Origin: Candidatus Marinacidobacterales bacterium
GTDB lineage: Bacteria; Acidobacteriota; Vicinamibacteria; Marinacidobacterales; SMYC01
Length of the DNA: 64,000 nucleotides
Direction: 5' to 3'
Assembly (NCBI GenBank): GCA_965237955.1
Contig: OZ250169.1
Location: forward strand, 832,001 to 896,000
Shown here piece by piece: positions 46,316 to 56,225 of this stretch. A program made the translations under genes and the position numbers. The notes below the pieces were generated by a model that saw nothing but the letters and a program-made list of their open reading frames with translations, searched no databases and was not told where the DNA came from. Each line of letters opens with the position of its first letter. Within the stretch, counting starts at the first letter, position 1.

Positions 46316-46621
46316 CCACTCGTCACGACGCGATGGATGCGCAGCTTCGATGGAAGATTTATTAAGAAAGGGGCTTGACTAGAGGAGTCCAGATATGTTG
46401 CTACGCCGTGTTTGAATGCTAATGTCAGCTGGCCTGCCTGTGTCGGCGAACGCCATTAATAAGGATGTCGGCGTGCACACGAAGGCGTCCCTGAACGTCA
46501 GGCACCGTGTGGTCAGCCCAGCCCGCATCGCCGAAAGAACTGCGTCTCTCGAAATCAGGCTCAAACTCTAGCACACGAGCGGGTTACGCGGCAGCCACCA
46601 ACACTGGATTGCGGAAGCACC

Positions 46622-47556
46622 TTCGAGCCCGCATCTCCGGCCCGATGATCGCCTTGTAACGATAGACCGCGTTCTCCACCATGCTTCGCTTGGTGTAGCC
46701 TGAGAGCTTGTACCATTCACGTCGGCCGTGTCTTTCGATTGCACGAATATGGCGATCGCGCTCCTGCATGGCGGTGTTCGAATTCTGACTGAGCGTCGCG
46801 TTTCGTTGCAGCGGAATCACCACGCGCGTCCTTCGTCCAGGACTGTGCGCTTCGATGGCTTCGTAGACCGCTTCCTTGTCGTATGCACTGTCCGCCGCCA
46901 CCGACACTAGAGGTGCTTGAATCTGTGTTAGCAAAGCGGGGACTCGGGTTGCGTCGCGAGCTCGTGACGCCGTCAGTTCGGACGCAACAATGTTCCCTGT
47001 CTCGCGATCAACGGCGATGTGCAACTTACGCCATGCGCGCTGCTTTGGCAGTTTGCGAGCGTTTCCAACATGAATCCTCAAGCCCGTGCTATCGATCATC
47101 AGGTGGATGGGTTGAGTGCTCGCGGCTTTCGGAATCCGCAGCTTCTTGCGGAGCAACCTCGAGCGCCGACACAACGTCGAGTAGTCCGGGATCTCGATAC
47201 CGAGCCCGAGCAGCGAGGCGATCGAGTGCAAGAAGCCTTCGGTTTGTCGGTAGGCGAGCTTGCACACCATCCGGACAACCAGGCCCGTTTCAATCGCCAT
47301 GTCTGAATAGACCCGTTGACCGCCAGGCTTACCGGTCTTGTCGGCCTTCCAGTTTGCGATTGCCTCCTCGTCAAACCAGACTGTCAAATCGCCCCGGCGG
47401 CGCAGCCCTTCGTTGTATTCCGCCCAGTTGCGAACGTGGTACTTCTTCTGCTTCGCGTGCTTGTACTGGCAGCGCTTGGGATACTTCATGCTCGAACATA
47501 CCTCGGCCACCACCATAGGCGGATTTCGCTCTCAGCCAGAGCGGTGCAACAACGCC
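46622..47556 (-). mobile_element. IS903-group type A copy, 3'-truncated
   Basis: IR at 47556. Transposase intact until fused to the GGTGCTTCCGC repeat at 46621. Confidence 0.88.
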
Positions 47557-47679
47557 CAGCAACCTCCAGAACTTGTTTCCACGGCCGGCAAAGTGATGGC
47601 CAAGCTCATCGGATCGCTTCCCTGGATTGATCCCGACCAGCAGGACGTCGAGGCCGTGGGAAAGGTAGTCCGGTAACAC
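47557..47679 (-). pseudogene. Mismatch-specific uracil-DNA glycosylase (Mug/TDG), N-terminal fragment
   Basis: LPDYL..GLDVLLVGINPG..S...GHHFAGRGNKFWRLL, cut by IS903. Confidence 0.8.
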
Positions 47680-47749
47680 TCGGAAAGCATAGCGCAGGGC
47701 GGTGTGCTCCGTAAAAAGTCGATCCAGCGTTGATTGCGCGGTTTAGAGC

Positions 47750-48365
47750 TGCCATGCTCGGCTGCTTCGTGCTGGTCGACCGGACGACGCCACCGGCGTC
47801 TTAGGGACGTGGAGAGGCTCGCTCTTGCGACTGTTTTCGAATATCCGGCCTATTCTCCTGGACGCCGTCGCGTTCGCTCGCAACGTATGCTGCTCGCGCA
47901 GCGCCCTCGCCGCAGAGAACTTTTCCGGAAGACGATTGCGTGCGAGCACGACTGCAAACGTGGCACAGCGGTCATTACCAAGGGGCTGAGGGATCGTCGT
48001 TCCAACACGCGCGGGTAGGATGTGTCTGCGGTATGCGGGCCAGCGTGTCGGGCAACGTGAGGCCTAGAGCGTGTCCTTCGATTCCAGCCTCTTCGAAGAG
48101 CTTTGCCAGGAACTTGCCTATCGCCTCCAGCTCGCTGAGGTTCGGGGTGAGCATCTAAAAGTGCACCACCCCCGGTGGGAGGGGCGCACGCACGCAAAGA
48201 TCCATGTCCCCACGCCCACTGTCGGCGAAGCGGGCAACGACCATCTCGTCGGGACGGAGCTCGATCCCCACACCGGGTGGGGCCGGCTCCAAGAGCCAGC
48301 GCTTCAATTGGCTGAGTCTAGACAATAGTGACCTTGTTGATCTCCTCCAATGTCGTTATGCCATC
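47750..48365 (-). pseudogene. Decayed type IV pilus / T2SS locus fragment (PilB/GspE C-terminus followed by PilM-like gene)
   Basis: DGITTLEEINKVT* then GVGIEL....VVAR...PLPPG...LTPNL...GLTLPD.LAR, with stops and frameshifts. Confidence 0.5.
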
Positions 48366-48875
48366 GAACTGTGCTCCGCAAAAATTCGATCCGGCGTTGA
48401 TTGCGTGGGTTAGACCTACCATAGTCGGCTGCTTCTGGCCGGTTTTCTTTTTTGAGGATCACACCCGGCAAACCGGAGACTAATCAAGTTCGGTGCGCGC
48501 GGATGAATAAATAGAAGGCACAGGTACCATGGTTTGTCTTCTTCCTTAAGGTCAATGGGGTTTGTCCTTTCCACTGCAGCCCGCACATCGAGCTCCGTTT
48601 CCCAAGCCAGCCACCCGAGGAGCCCAACTGCCAAGGACAGTTCTTGAAACGGTTCGCCGTCACACTCTTTGAGAGCTCGCGGCCCCAACGATGAACTACC
48701 CCACGTGAGCGCCAAGCCGCCAACTTCGAAGAGCCGCCTCTCATGATCGAGATCTACGAGCTTCAGGTACTTCGAGCGCCACTCGATGCGCTGCTCGGCG
48801 ATCCGAAGGGTGTGAACTACGCTGAGTACCGCCGCAAGCTGCACCACAGCGCGCCGGGCCATCCCAGTGCGTACC

Positions 48876-49615
48876 TTCGCGGTAGGGACCGCCCTTACGG
48901 GCGGCCCCCCGCACAGATCCCAGCGAGCGCTGCTAACGCACTGGGCTCCTACCTCAGGTCATGACGCGCAGTCGCTCCTGCCGTATCCGCTCCAGCGCGC
49001 TTTGCAGGTCAGGGGGACCGAACGTAGGCGCACTCCCTTGGCTGTTTCCGCGGTTTCTCGCTTCGTGCCCGTTTAGGGTTGTCCATATTCACTCCCTGCC
49101 CGGCGCTGTGTCCGGGACCTGATTTGCCGTAACGGATTTCCTTTGGTCAGCCCCCTTGGCTCCACCTCCTCCGCGAGCTGAGGCGCACCCCAGCCTTTGT
49201 TCAAAGGCTTCTCAGCTACTATGGGGCTGTCAGACTTCCCGCATCCGTACGTCGCTGTCGTGCTCCTTGCGGATTCACAGCGCGGACCCCGATGCCACTC
49301 AGGACCAGATGCGGGACCTCCCGGCTCCCATGTATGTCTCTTGGCGTGCGTGCGCAGGGTCTCGGACCACGCGGGGGCGGAACAGCTCTTGCGATAACGA
49401 TCTGCTCCGTGTTGCCTTCCGTGCCATACGACGCCGTCGGCCCCCCGAAGTTTATTTTACTTTCGCGGCTCAATATCCAGCCCGCACGTCTCCCTGTCAA
49501 CGCTTCGCCTTTGCTCTCGCGAACAACAACGCATGACTCGGGGCCAATCTGGTTCGCTACTCCTTCATTAGGCGGGACTTGCACCCGCGAGACTTACCGG
49601 TTTGTGCCGGCGCAC
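48876..49615 (-). ncRNA. ORF-less group II intron with both ends (~740 nt)
   Basis: 5' GTGCG at 49615. Domain V at ~48913-48948. Domain VI ends CCCTACCGCGAA. IEP reduced to LQSALERIRQ|ERLRVMT*. Confidence 0.85.
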
Positions 49616-49700
49616 CGTGAGGTCAAAACACTCATGCGGCTTCCCGATGGTAGAAACGTAGCAACCCGCCAAGCTGTTCACGGGAGCGCACCTTGCGCTC
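49616..49700 (-). mobile_element. 3' tip and terminus of an rve IS
   Basis: VRSREQLGGLLRFYHREAA* followed by GAGTGTTTTGACCTCACG. Confidence 0.75.
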
Positions 49701-49746
49701 GGACGTTAGACCCACCGGGCCTCCGGGGAGGTAAGATGTCGGGCAG

Positions 49747-50670
49747 GTGAAGTCCATGATACTCGTTTCGTACATGAAGGTCGCCTGGGTCCTGTGTACG
49801 ATTCTCTTGCTGCCAGTGACGCCATGGGCAAGCGAGGAGAAGAAGCTCGCGAGCGTCGCCTGCAGCGATACGGTGCTCCTCCGTGTCTCCGACGGCGCAT
49901 CCAGGCAGGGGAGTATCGCCATCGTCGAGGTGCGCAGCGAGACGCCACTCGACTCAGTCGATGGATTCGCCGCGGGCGAGACGCTTTTCTTCTGGCATGA
50001 CGCCGATGCTCGAGTGTTTCAGGCTCTTCTCGGGGTGGATCTTCGCAGGAGCTCCGGCACCACGTTGCTTCGCGCGCGGGTGGCTCCCAAGTTCGGAGAG
50101 CCCGTGGATTGTCGGCTGGAGCTTCCGATCGGAAAGGGGGAGTTTCCCGTTCAGCAGCTCACAGTGGCTCCCAAGTACGTGGAGCTGAGCGCGGACGACC
50201 TCGCCCGCTCGCAACGGGAGTCGAGGGAGCTCGACCGCATCTTCTCCTCGACGACCAGGGAGCGATTGTGGCGAGGGGGCTTCCAATCGCCGGTTCCCGG
50301 GAGCAAGGCCTCGGGAAGCTTCGGCAAGAGAAGAATCTTTAACAACCAGCCCCGAAGCCCGCATAGCGGGGAAGATTTCTCCGCTCCTACGGGAACGCCG
50401 GTCCTGGCTACGGCGCGGGGCCGCGTCGCACTGGCCAAGGACCTCTTCTTTCTCGGCAGAACCGTGATCCTGGACCACGGCTTCGGGTTGTACTCCTTCT
50501 ACGGTCACCTCAGCTCTTTGGGTGTCGAGCCGGGAACGAACGTCCAGAGTGGTACCGTCATCGGCAAAGTCGGAGCCACCGGAAGGGTCACCGGGCCACA
50601 CCTGCACTGGGGGGTACGACTCGGAGATGCCCGAGTCAATCCGATGGAGCTACTCGCGCTCGCCCGTTGA
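49747..50670 (+). CDS. M23 family metallopeptidase
   Basis: Signal-like N-terminus, HSGED, G..VILDHG...S.YGHL, ATGRVTGPHLHW. Confidence 0.92.
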   Translation: MKSMILVSYMKVAWVLCTILLLPVTPWASEEKKLASVACSDTVLLRVSDGASRQGSIAIVEVRSETPLDSVDGFAAGETLFFWHDADARVFQALLGVDLRRSSGTTLLRARVAPKFGEPVDCRLELPIGKGEFPVQQLTVAPKYVELSADDLARSQRESRELDRIFSSTTRERLWRGGFQSPVPGSKASGSFGKRRIFNNQPRSPHSGEDFSAPTGTPVLATARGRVALAKDLFFLGRTVILDHGFGLYSFYGHLSSLGVEPGTNVQSGTVIGKVGATGRVTGPHLHWGVRLGDARVNPMELLALAR

Positions 50671-50736
50671 CGCGCCGTCAGACGAGGTAGCAAGCTACTT
50701 TGTGCGTGCTGCTGATGTCACGAAGCTCCGGCAGGC

Positions 50737-51157
50737 TGTGCTTCGCAAAAACTCGATTCGTCGTTGATTCCGCAGTTTAGACCTGCCAGGATTGGCCGTT
50801 TCGCGGCGAATGGATGACGTGATCCGGCGTCATTGTAAACGTGGAGGTCGTCTGGTCAAAATACTCGAACGCCCAGTGGGTCAGCAGGTTGCACCTTTCC
50901 AAGGGCTGCCTGAATCCGGCATCGCGGTCGGATACGTGTTCCTTCCGGGTGCGCAGTTCGTTGCCTGCAGCTCGCCCCGCAGCCGATTTGAGCCAGCCGT
51001 GCGCACCCCCGGTAGGCCTGTCGCCCGCCACCCGCAGCCCAGGAGTCGGAAGCCAACTCTGCGACGAGAAATACCCTGGATTCTGCGCGGATTCCAAGGG
51101 CGTCTAAGCTGCTGATTTCCAGTCTATTTCAAAAGGGCCGAGTTTTGGCACAGGACG
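50737..51157. mobile_element. 421-bp non-coding MITE bounded by two different rve-type ends
   Basis: TGTGCTTCGCAAAAACTC ... GAGTTTTGGCACAGGACG. Interior pieces recur at 1347-1385, 34740-34900, 38905-38990 and 54625-54660. Confidence 0.75.
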
Positions 51158-52122
51158 GGGTCGAAGGTCATACGGCTATCCTTGCTGCCGCGCTTTCCGA
51201 CATCGAGCACGCGGTTGAGCTTTCTCAAAACGAACCCGTATTCCAATCGAGCTACAAGAAAACCCTCGCCGACCTTAGAAAGCATGTATCGTCGCTCTCG
51301 GTATCTCCCCAGACTTCTTTACGTCGTGACGTGCGATGGATTTGGGAATCGAGATTAGCGCTCAACCCTTGCCCGCTGTGCCGACAGGAGTCACCAGAAG
51401 CATTCGACCTGTTCCCACTCGCGGCGCGGCTGGAAGGTGGCCGCCGAAAGCCGGGGGTCGATGTCGTCCTGGATTTAGTCAATAGTCTTTGCCGAAACTA
51501 TGCGACGGCACGTTGGATCTTATACAAAGCCGTAGAGGATCCGCCGCTTGAATCCGATCACGTGATCACAATTGAAGGGAATCCGTCCGCCCGTCACGAG
51601 CTTTCGGTAGGGCTACTCATGTCGGCCGCCTCAGGTTTCTACGGATTGCTCGGCCAGATTGCGTTCGCACTGAACAGTTACTACCGGCTCGGCCACGATG
51701 CTCGGGACGTGACGTTTGAGAACGTGTGGGGCCAGCCAGGAAGCCGTGGTTTACCCAGCGACCGTACCATCCTGCACCCGGCTCTACAGCGGCGCTCCGT
51801 TCCTGCACTTGCGGCCTTGTATTGGCTCGCACAGTCTTTCACCCATGGGCTGGGGCGTTACGTGGATTTGAGGAAGTGTAGAAATTCATTAGAACACCAT
51901 GTTGTTTGCGCCTTCGATGCGCCTGTAGAGTCGCCCTACTATGTCGCGTTTAACCGGAGGCGGCTTGAAGAATCCACGCTTCGGCTGGGACAAATTGCAC
52001 GAGCTGCCATTTGGTACTTTGGCGGTGCCGTCTTGTACGGCGAACAGGAGCGGGCCGAACGCTCGATCCGTCGAGGATGGAAAGTTACCAAAGGGACTCG
52101 GGGAACGGTTCGGCGCACGTGA
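51158..52122 (+). pseudogene. LA2681-like HEPN domain protein, 5'-truncated
   Basis: L.LNP, FN-like ..Y..ARW.LY, Y.LL.QIA..LN.Y, L.ALYWL, RNSLEH (R-x4-H), AR.AI.Y. Confidence 0.7.
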
Positions 52123-52276
52123 TGCGGAGAGGAGAGGCGAAGGATCCGGGCTTTCCGCTAAGCGTTTGCAACTCGAAACGCCGTTATCGGCGATTCGTGA
52201 ATCAGATGGAGGATATTGCGTCAGGGAGGCAGTGATTTTCGTGCGAAACGCCATCGTTCACACTAATCGCCCGAAT

Positions 52277-52718
52277 ACGTTGCCACGTGGCGCAGCTTCG
52301 TGTATGTCGCCTTCGTCGTCGACGTCTTCGCTCGACTCATCGTCGGTTGGCGAGCGACGACATCGTTGACTGCAGGCATCGCTCTCGATGCGTTGGAGAA
52401 GGCGCTGCACGAGCGCCGACTAAACCCAGAAGATCCATTGGTGCATCACAGCGATCGCGGCGTGCAGTACGTCTCGACCCGTTACACCGAGCGGCTCGCC
52501 GAGGCGGGTATTGAGCCGTCCGTCGGCAGCCGAGGCGACTCTTACGATAACGCTTTGGCTGAATCCATCATCGGCCTCTACAAGACCGAGGTGATCCGTC
52601 GATGCGGGCCCTGGCGTGGTCCGTCGAGTACGAGACGAACTACTATCGGTCGCGGGAAGGCTCGCTAGAGATGGCGAGACTCAACTAAAACAGTCTCCGG
52701 AAAACCCGGGGCGGTTCA
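52277..52718 (+). pseudogene. IS3-family (IS51-like) 3' fragment with right IR
   Basis: YVAFVVDVFAR.IVGW, HHSDRG.QY, GDSYDNALAESIIGLYKTE. Ends GTCTCCGGAAAACCCGGGGCGGTTCA. Confidence 0.88.
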
Positions 52719-52841
52719 GGGCCGGGCGCCGGTCTGATAGCGGCTCTCGTCATAGCAGTCCATCCTTCTTTTGTCGCGACTTCTAGCGTTGCCTCACCCG
52801 ACACTCCTTACACGACCGCAGCGCTGCTCAGTCTATGGCTC

Positions 52842-54167
52842 ATGCTTATTGCACGAAATCCAATCCGCTTCGGATTGATTCAGGTCAGCCTCCTAGCCGC
52901 ACTCGCAGCGTTTCTGACTAAGTATCAAGCCCTTCCTCTGGTGGGCTTGCCCTTTCTCGTGATGTGTTTTTTCGGCCGAAGCGATCCTCGATTCGTCAGA
53001 CACTTGACCGCCGCGGCGATTCTCTCGGCGGGCGTCGCGCTTTGGCTTCATTTCATCTACGACATCTATCAAGTCCACAACATACCGTATGCGTACACCC
53101 CCAGTCTTCTGACAAAAGACAATCTGCTCATTCCGATCTCGCTCGGCGAAGGTGTGACTCGATTACTCGTGGGGCTCGAACCTCCTTATTTACTCGTTAC
53201 CGTGTTCTTTGGCCTGCTGGCCGCTTACATCCGGCCACTTGATAGAGGCCGGATGGACTGGATCGGTATCGGCCTGATCGGGCTGTTCGTCGCTTCCTTC
53301 ACTCTCTTAATGTCTCTTTTTCAGCAAGTGGCATTGAGCTATTGGCAACCGGCGATCGTTTTCCTATGTATCCTCTGGGCCATCGCGGTCGACTACGTAG
53401 CGAAACGGCTTTGCCTGATGGGTACCGGGCTGCTTCGGACGCGCGGTCTTCCTGAAGGCATTTCAGCCTGGACCGCAAGGCTCGTTCCCGGTGCGCTGAT
53501 TCTATTGCTTCTGTGGCCTCTCGCGGCGCAGAGCATGTCGCAGGCGGAATACCTCGGCCGACCCGATAGCCGGTCCGCGACGGTCGAGTGGTTTCTGGAG
53601 AATGTCCCGAGCGGAACACACATCGCGGTCGAGAACAATGCGGTCGAGTTTCTTCCCAACGCTGGCCCCCCACGATCCAAGGTCTTTTTCGTGAAAGTCA
53701 TCAACTCTATCCGAAAGGGGTCACTGCAGGGACTCGTGAGACGGGGTTTTGAGTTCGCTGTTGCCGATTCGCGTAGCGAGAACGGCCTTTTTAATGTCAA
53801 CCGATGCGAACAAAAGGCTCTCCTGGCAAAACTTGAGCCGGTCTTGGAGCTCCTCAATGACGACAGCCACCAAGGACCCGATCGGTGCATATTTCGACTC
53901 CCTAGAGTGATAGAGAATCCGATGCACATCTTCTTCGGCGAGCCCACTCCGGGACTCTTTGCCTTCAACCGGCACCAGCTACTACCGCCAGTTATTTTTC
54001 ATGGGTTCGATCTAGGAAACAACACCGTGTCGAACGGCGAGTCTCTGGAGCTGGCACTGTATTGGGACGCTCAGAGACAACTAGATGCCCGCGGGTACGA
54101 CATCGTTGCTTCGGCTGAGGGAGCCGGGCGGGACAACCGCTCTGGAACAGACGAAGCCCCTGGATAA
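52842..54167 (+). CDS. Multi-pass membrane protein, ArnT/PMT-like glycosyltransferase fragment
   Basis: Several TM segments, A...KY, DSR....EW...NVP.G, L.LYW tail. Probably truncated at both ends. Confidence 0.55.
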   Translation: MLIARNPIRFGLIQVSLLAALAAFLTKYQALPLVGLPFLVMCFFGRSDPRFVRHLTAAAILSAGVALWLHFIYDIYQVHNIPYAYTPSLLTKDNLLIPISLGEGVTRLLVGLEPPYLLVTVFFGLLAAYIRPLDRGRMDWIGIGLIGLFVASFTLLMSLFQQVALSYWQPAIVFLCILWAIAVDYVAKRLCLMGTGLLRTRGLPEGISAWTARLVPGALILLLLWPLAAQSMSQAEYLGRPDSRSATVEWFLENVPSGTHIAVENNAVEFLPNAGPPRSKVFFVKVINSIRKGSLQGLVRRGFEFAVADSRSENGLFNVNRCEQKALLAKLEPVLELLNDDSHQGPDRCIFRLPRVIENPMHIFFGEPTPGLFAFNRHQLLPPVIFHGFDLGNNTVSNGESLELALYWDAQRQLDARGYDIVASAEGAGRDNRSGTDEAPG

Positions 54168-54252
54168 AAAGCCCGCAGCGTAGCTGAGATGAAGGATATA
54201 CGTCAAGGCGAAGGCCATCCCGGTCACATAACCCTTGACGCGAAGTGTGCAG

Positions 54253-54404
54253 GAGCGCGTAGTGCGGGAAATCCGCACGCTGCGTGCGAAGAGGCGGGGG
54301 GCTGGAAACGGACTTACGGTGTGGCTAGTGAGGCACTCCCAGAGGAAACGGGGAGCAACAGATAGGCCACGCCTACGGAGCACCGCGCCAGCCCTCGACC
54401 CTAC
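54253..54404 (+). ncRNA. Group II intron domains V-VI (long domain VI type)
   Basis: GAGCGCGTAGTGCGGGAAATCCGCACGCTGCGTGCG domain V and CCTCGACCCTAC end. Confidence 0.8.
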
Positions 54405-55139
54405 CGGGCGACTCCACCATCTGCCGGCGCTCCTCCGGAGGAAGACCGGAGGTGAGAAAGTCCTGGAGCTCTCCCCTCTCGTCGATGGTCGTGATCACGC
54501 CGTGGCGGGCGCCTGACGAAGCGACTTCTCACCGAACAGGCTGAGCTTCGAAAGACATTCCTCTTCGACTGACTTCACCCAGCGCTCCGCGAACGAGTTC
54601 AAATCCGGGCTCCGTGCGGGCAGCTTTGCTGACCCGCTGGGCGTTCGAGTATTTTGACCAGACGCGCCTCAGACGTTTTTTATCTCGTCTAGATTAGAGA
54701 AACGTCCAGTTTCATAGAACTTTGACGTCATTTATTAAAGTATAACTTTAACTGTGAACGCTTATCTGCTAACATCTAGGGAAGATCTCAACTTGGCGAG
54801 ACCTCGACGGGATGATGAAGCGGTGCGCTACACACACTTGAATCCGGGCCTACTGGTCGGGCACTTTCGAGTGAACGAACGATTTCGGTCACTCCCCGAT
54901 GACCTCCGCCCACGCGGGCGGTGCCATTGCTGTCAAGTTGACGAAAAGCTAGCTGACCGACCCCCAAGATACTGGGCTCGAGCCCGTCGTGAACCCGCCA
55001 TGTTGAGCATCAGGAACAGCTCTCAGCCTCAACTTGGCAGTACCCTTCTTAACCAGGCGTTCATCGGCACGTCCTATCGTCGGAGGCCTGCGATAAGTGA
55101 GTTAGAAGACTCCTGCCGGGAGGGATGGAGGTTTTGTTG

Positions 55140-55716
55140 AAGCGTGCGGTTCCAGGCCAACCGGCTGCGCGCCAGCGAGAGCCCTCGGACGAAAACCTGC
55201 TCGACGGCCAGCTCTGTATCCAGTCCATCGCGCACGTAGCGGCTGACATCGGCCCGGAGCACACGATTCTCCTCTCGCAGGTAGTCAATCACATCCTGGT
55301 GCTGGCGATTGACCCGGACAGACAGAACGGGGTTGGCCCTGCTCATGTTCCGAATCAGCTCACGTATTTCGGGAGCGACGCTTGGCCGTCCAGGTCTACG
55401 CCGTCGGCTCTTCCAAGTCCAATATCGTCTGAACCCACAACGGTGCCAACGGACGACCGTCTCAGGTTTCACGATGACGAGGACGCTCTCCCAGTCAGTC
55501 CAGATTCTGCGCAACAGCACCCAAAACTCGCGGTCGACATTCGAGAGCCGCGGCCGTTTCACCGAACGGCGGAGGACGGCGAGCTACTGCCGAAGAGCGA
55601 CATTCTCGAGAGCCAGCTCGCGACGAGCCTTGAAGGCAGAGACGAGCGCGCGAACAAACGACGAAATCATGCAGCCATCAAGTTCGGTGCGCGCGGATGA
55701 ATAAATAGAAAGGCAC
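55140..55716 (-). mobile_element. Mosaic of rve transposase 5' fragments with a CGGATGAATAAATAGAA-type end
   Basis: ALENVALRQ*, DREFWVLL, VKPETVVRWHR, VNRQHQDVIDYLREENRVL. Confidence 0.75.
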
Positions 55717-55931
55717 ACCGCCCTTACAAGACGAGTGAGGCACGAAAATTGCGTAGAAACAAAACCAAGACCGCTCGGAGGGATGCAACCATGAACCGCC
55801 AAATCGACAACAGTGAGGCAGAACCCGAACCCAGGGGCTCATTGGGTCTCTATCACGAGGCCCAGGCAGACGGAGTCCCTTACACGGACATCGACGAAGA
55901 AGAGCCCTTCGGTCCTCCCACGCCAGCCAAG

Positions 55932-55975
55932 GGTACTTTCGAGTGAACGAACGATTTCGGTCACTCGAAAGTACC
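55932..55975. repeat. 44-bp mini-element with perfect 15-bp IRs
   Basis: GGTACTTTCGAGTGA-N14-TCACTCGAAAGTACC. Confidence 0.8.
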
Positions 55976-56225
55976 GTGCAAAACCTCTTTCGCGTCGGAC
56001 GGCATTTGTTGCAAGCGCATCATCATCGGGAGCTACGAAACCGCGCTTTCATCGTCTGGCACGAGATAACGTGTGCCGCCTGACGAGAGCAAAGGAAGTC
56101 AGGTCGACGCGATGGGTTCGCTCGATCGACGTCAACTTGACAATACCGTTGTGGCTGCTGTGGTCGGCACCGCCGGCCGCACAGGATGGCAGACGGTGAA
56201 TGCCGAAATGCGCCTTTAGGGGAGC

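Larger units (their letters stand above)
44973..46397 (+). mobile_element. IS110 family, IS1111 group, complete element
   Basis: Sub-terminal IRs TGGACTCCTC/GAGGAGTCCA, TG core at both junctions, long 3' non-coding end, outward TTGACT at 46375. Confidence 0.9.
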
